Below the pieces are notes generated by a model, which had not been told where the DNA came from, made no database searches, and saw only the letters and a program-made list of their open reading frames with translations. The position numbers and the translations under genes were made by a program. DNA of 64,000 nucleotides, taken from positions 2,435,846-2,499,845 of the forward strand of contig MU056737.1 in the NCBI GenBank assembly GCA_013239625.1, given 5' to 3'. This DNA is from Lama guanicoe. Lineage: Eukaryota. Positions 60,791 to 64,000 of this stretch are shown piece after piece. Within the stretch, counting starts at the first letter, position 1; each line of letters opens with the position of its first letter.

Positions 60791-61924
60791 TATTTTTCTG
60801 TGATTTTTGGTCACCTTTATACCTGAGAGACGACTCCCATAGGAACGTGAGGTTGAGAATCTGTGATACAAGCAGCTGGGCCATCAGTGTATTAACAAGC
60901 AAGCCCTAGAAACGTGAGGGGCTAACGTTTGCGGCCAGGGGTGTGCAGACGCCTCCAGCCAGGAAGGTGAGTCGTGGTGGAACCTGTGGGTCTCCCGCCC
61001 CGGGGTCTGCTGTGTCCAAGCGTCAGCTGGGTTTCAGGCTCCCTGTGGATTCATGGACACAGTGTCAGGGACCGCAGGCGACCACCAGCATGTCATCTGT
61101 AGCGCGGCTGCAGCAGTGGCGGCTAGAATGGAATGTAAGAACTAAAGTTTCAAAGAATAATAGCCTTCAGGAAAGTATGGCTCTATCCACAGACTTTCAT
61201 CATGATTGTTTCAAAGAAAAACAGTTGAGATGCAATACTGTGTCCTTGCATGGACGCTGGGCTTTTGGACATCCACAGACGGGAAGGTGAGATGCTGGCT
61301 CACCGTGTGTGAGAATGGCCATGCGCTGGGAGTAAACAAAGAGCCCAGGCTTGTGTTTCCGACACAGTGTGTGTCCTCTGCTTACAGACAGGTCATCCCG
61401 CCAGGAGTTACACTCACGCTTGAGTCACGTTAAAAAATGCGTGTGGCTCCTAGGTTAGTTCTGATGTGTTTGCATTACTTTCCACACCTCTCTTGGCTTC
61501 TTGGTAGCCAGGTGGCCTTGGAGGAGACCAAGTCCTGGAGAAGACGTTCTTGCTGCTCTCGGAGCTGCGTGAAGGGCCTCAGGTGTGGGGGGGTGCTGCT
61601 GCTGGGCGCCCCTCCCACAGCCCTGGCTCCACTCTGCGCTCATCTGCCTTTTCTCTTCTTCTCTCGGAAGGGGTGGAAACAGAGCTAAGAGGAAGCTATG
61701 GTCTGGAAAACGGGCACATGTTGCCCTGGTATTGAGGGAAGAGGCGAAAACCAGGCTCTGAAGAACGATCCTACTGGTGACTTAGTGTGTGACATCCGGC
61801 ACCTTACTTAGCGACTCTCATCCTCAGTTTCCACAGTGAAGTGGGCATAACAGTGTCTCGTTTCCAGCCTGGTTGTAAGAATTGCAGGCGCTCCATTTAA
61901 ATCTGTACCCTCTTCCGGAACCTG

Positions 61925-62349
61925 TGTCAAAGATAAACAGAAGCAGACACTAGATGAAGAGGTAAGGGCAGGTTTGAATCAGCAATAGCTGTTGCAGCAG
62001 GAAGAGGGACCAGTGTGAGCTGGACTCAGCTCCCATGTGTGCAGGTGTGACTGGGCGTTTCAGAGGGAGGGGGAGCGGGGAGGAGGAGCCGGGACGATGT
62101 GGGGGGCGAGGCCTTAGAAGACTCAGGGAAGTGAGAAACTACAAGGGAGGGTCAGTGCCAATGCCTTGAGGCCAGCTGTGTCTGCAGCTGGCGACTGTAG
62201 CAGTTGGGCGCTGGGCACAAACAGTACATTCTTTGTGGCAGCCTCGAGTTTCCTTAGCGGACACCTTGGCGGTGGGGGGGCCGGGGTCAGCCGAAAGATG
62301 CAGCCATGAGCTGTCAGAAGCTCTGGTTGGGTGGGTCCCAGCGCTGACA
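61925..62349. mobile_element. Probable solo LTR (ERV1-like), diverged
   Basis: It has TGTCA...TGACA inverted termini and is about 425 bp long. The start 'tgtcaaagataaacagaagcagacactag...ggtaagggcaggtttgaatcagc' resembles eutherian LTRs. Confidence 0.5.
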
Positions 62350-63169
62350 CACTGAGGATGAGGATTACTGGGGGAGGGGCTCGGAGCCCCCGCGGGGGAT
62401 GGGTGGGGGAGCGGTCCTTGTCTCCGGCACTGCTAGCCTGGGAAGCACTTGGCCATCTCTGAGCTCCTGAGTAGGGAGTGTGGAAAAACGAGCACAACAA
62501 AACTGTGTTGTCAGTGGACGATTTTATTGGCAAACGCATCTCAGTGATGATTGATGAAATGGAAAATTGTGAGCTGCCTCGGTTAGTCACTCTCGCAAGT
62601 TAGTTGCATTTCGCACCACAGCGAGACTGCTGATTACATTGTCTAACGCCAAGAATGGAGAGAACTATTGAGTGTGGGTTTATTTGCTCTTCAAAACTCC
62701 AGGCGGCAAATTAGGCAGGTTATTCAGAAGTGCTGATGAAAGCTGCCGAACTTCACACACATACCTTCAGTGATAGAAAAAGAAAAAAGAGCTGTGTTTT
62801 GACAGAGCGAAGAAATGTAGAGAGTGATCTCCACCGGCTGCCGGAGACTCTTCACGGACTTGGTTCTGTGGTCTTTTGTTTTCAGTTTTCTTTTTATGGA
62901 GAGAAGACAGTGGCCACACTTCCCAGCGATGTGGACACATGTATGAATATCTTCAGACTTCTCTCGACCAGCCTGTAAAGATGCTGATGTCCTCCACCAT
63001 GACCTCCCGACATTGCACACCCGTGGGGAGACGTGCCAGCATCCCAGGGGCCTAGAGAGCCCTCCACCCTAGAGCTGGGGGTTTATCTCGGCTCACGCAC
63101 GCAGGTGCCGTCCCCAGGGCAGACCTGTGGTCCATTCAAAGAGGAAATTGTCCAAAGAAAACATGACAT

Positions 63170-63668
63170 GATACATCAGCTTCCTATGGCTCCTCTGACA
63201 AGTTACCACAAATTTAGTGGCTTAAAATAACGCAGATTTATGATCTTACACCCTGAAGCTCAGAAGTCTGGAGTGGGTTTCGTTTGGCTCAAATCGTGGC
63301 GTGGGCAGGGAGGGCAGAGTTCCCTCCAGAGGCTCCAGGGAGCATCCATCTCCTTGCCTTCTTCAGCTTTGAGAGGCCACATTCCTCGGCTCCTGGCCCC
63401 TTCCGCCTTCACAGCAACGGCCAAGGGGGAGGCTTTCTAACATCACATCACTCGACACCAGCTCTTCCCCCGCCCTCTTCCGCACTGAAGGACCCCTGTG
63501 ATCACACTGGGCCCCCATGAATAATACAGGATAATCGCACGGTTTCAGGTCAGTTGACTGGGAACATTAATTCCGTCTGCTGCCCTAACTCCCCTTGGTT
63601 GTGTAACCTATTCACAGGTCCTGGACATTAAGAGGTAGACGTCTTTGGGAAGCCAGGTTCTGCCTCCT
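63170..63668. mobile_element. MLT1C/D (MaLR) LTR, near full length
   Basis: 'acaagttaccacaaatttagtggcttaaaataac...ccagaggctccagggag...aaggacccctgtgatcacactgggccc...ataatacaggataatc'. Confidence 0.85.
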
Positions 63669-63819
63669 AAAGGGGAAAACGTCGATTACAGTGAAGTACG
63701 TTTCAGCCAGTGCAGTTCCGCGCTGGCCGAGGGAGGCACGCATCTCCCACGGTGCCCTGCTCTGCCATCGTGACACGTGATAGCAAGTGCTTCTCAGCGA
63801 CCACAGAACTGGATGAGGG

Positions 63820-63960
63820 GTCAGGGTGGGTTCCAGGTCCATCAGTTGCCACTTGACAGCTGTGCGCCGTCAGGGAAATCTGGCTCTTCAGCAGACGTGT
63901 CGGCCGTTGGTCTTCTCGCCTGGGAAATGAAGGGTCTGTGTTAGGCTCTCCATAGTCTCC
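63820..63960. mobile_element. MIR fragment
   Basis: 'tgggttccaggtcc...tgccacttgacagctgtg...ctgggaaatgaagg'. Confidence 0.45.
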
Positions 63961-64000
63961 TCCAGAGCCCCCCAGGTGTGGAGGAACCCTCCTGGTCTGA

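Noticed and set aside
501-63842. The many 60-205 aa ORFs in the six-frame track as protein-coding genes
   Set aside because: They show no recognisable domains, their composition is typical of GC-rich non-coding DNA, and many start at GTG/TTG or run through repeats or Ns. Only the L1 ORF2 remnants are identifiable.
7150-64000. Naming the host gene
   Set aside because: No coding exon or recognisable UTR is visible, so any gene symbol would be a guess.
1-64000. CRISPR arrays, operons or other prokaryotic or viral systems
   Set aside because: The sequence is mammalian. I saw no regularly spaced repeat-spacer array and no ERV internal genes or captured viral ORFs.

Overview
This is mammalian nuclear DNA, most likely camelid. 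Five tRNA-Ala(AGC)-derived SINEs of the vic-1 type are present, along with young L1 3' ends. The assembly is gapped, with seven N-runs, most of them inside young L1 copies. I can support no protein-coding exon: the ORF track is noise apart from degraded L1 ORF2 remnants. The layout best fits the 5' end of a large gene, with a CpG-island promoter at about 7.15-7.75 kb (its core hidden by a gap) followed by about 56 kb of intron-like sequence. That sequence holds L1, L2, MIR, MER5, MER8, MLT1 and ERV-LTR relics, secondary CpG-rich patches and several repeat-free enhancer-like blocks. I could not identify the host gene. The best leads are: a TATA/Inr/donor candidate alternative first exon at 38.8-39.0 kb; a well-defined candidate internal exon at 15553-15775; a pri-miRNA-sized hairpin with twin E-boxes at 27955-28042; an NRF1/poly-C CpG island abutting an extreme AT patch at 18.5-19.5 kb; a near-consensus RE1/NRSE at 55333-55353; and CpG/GC gain in ancient repeats suggestive of GC-biased gene conversion. 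No novel multi-gene system can be supported from the sequence. Repeat family names come from recalled consensus sequences, not a database search, and boundaries are approximate.
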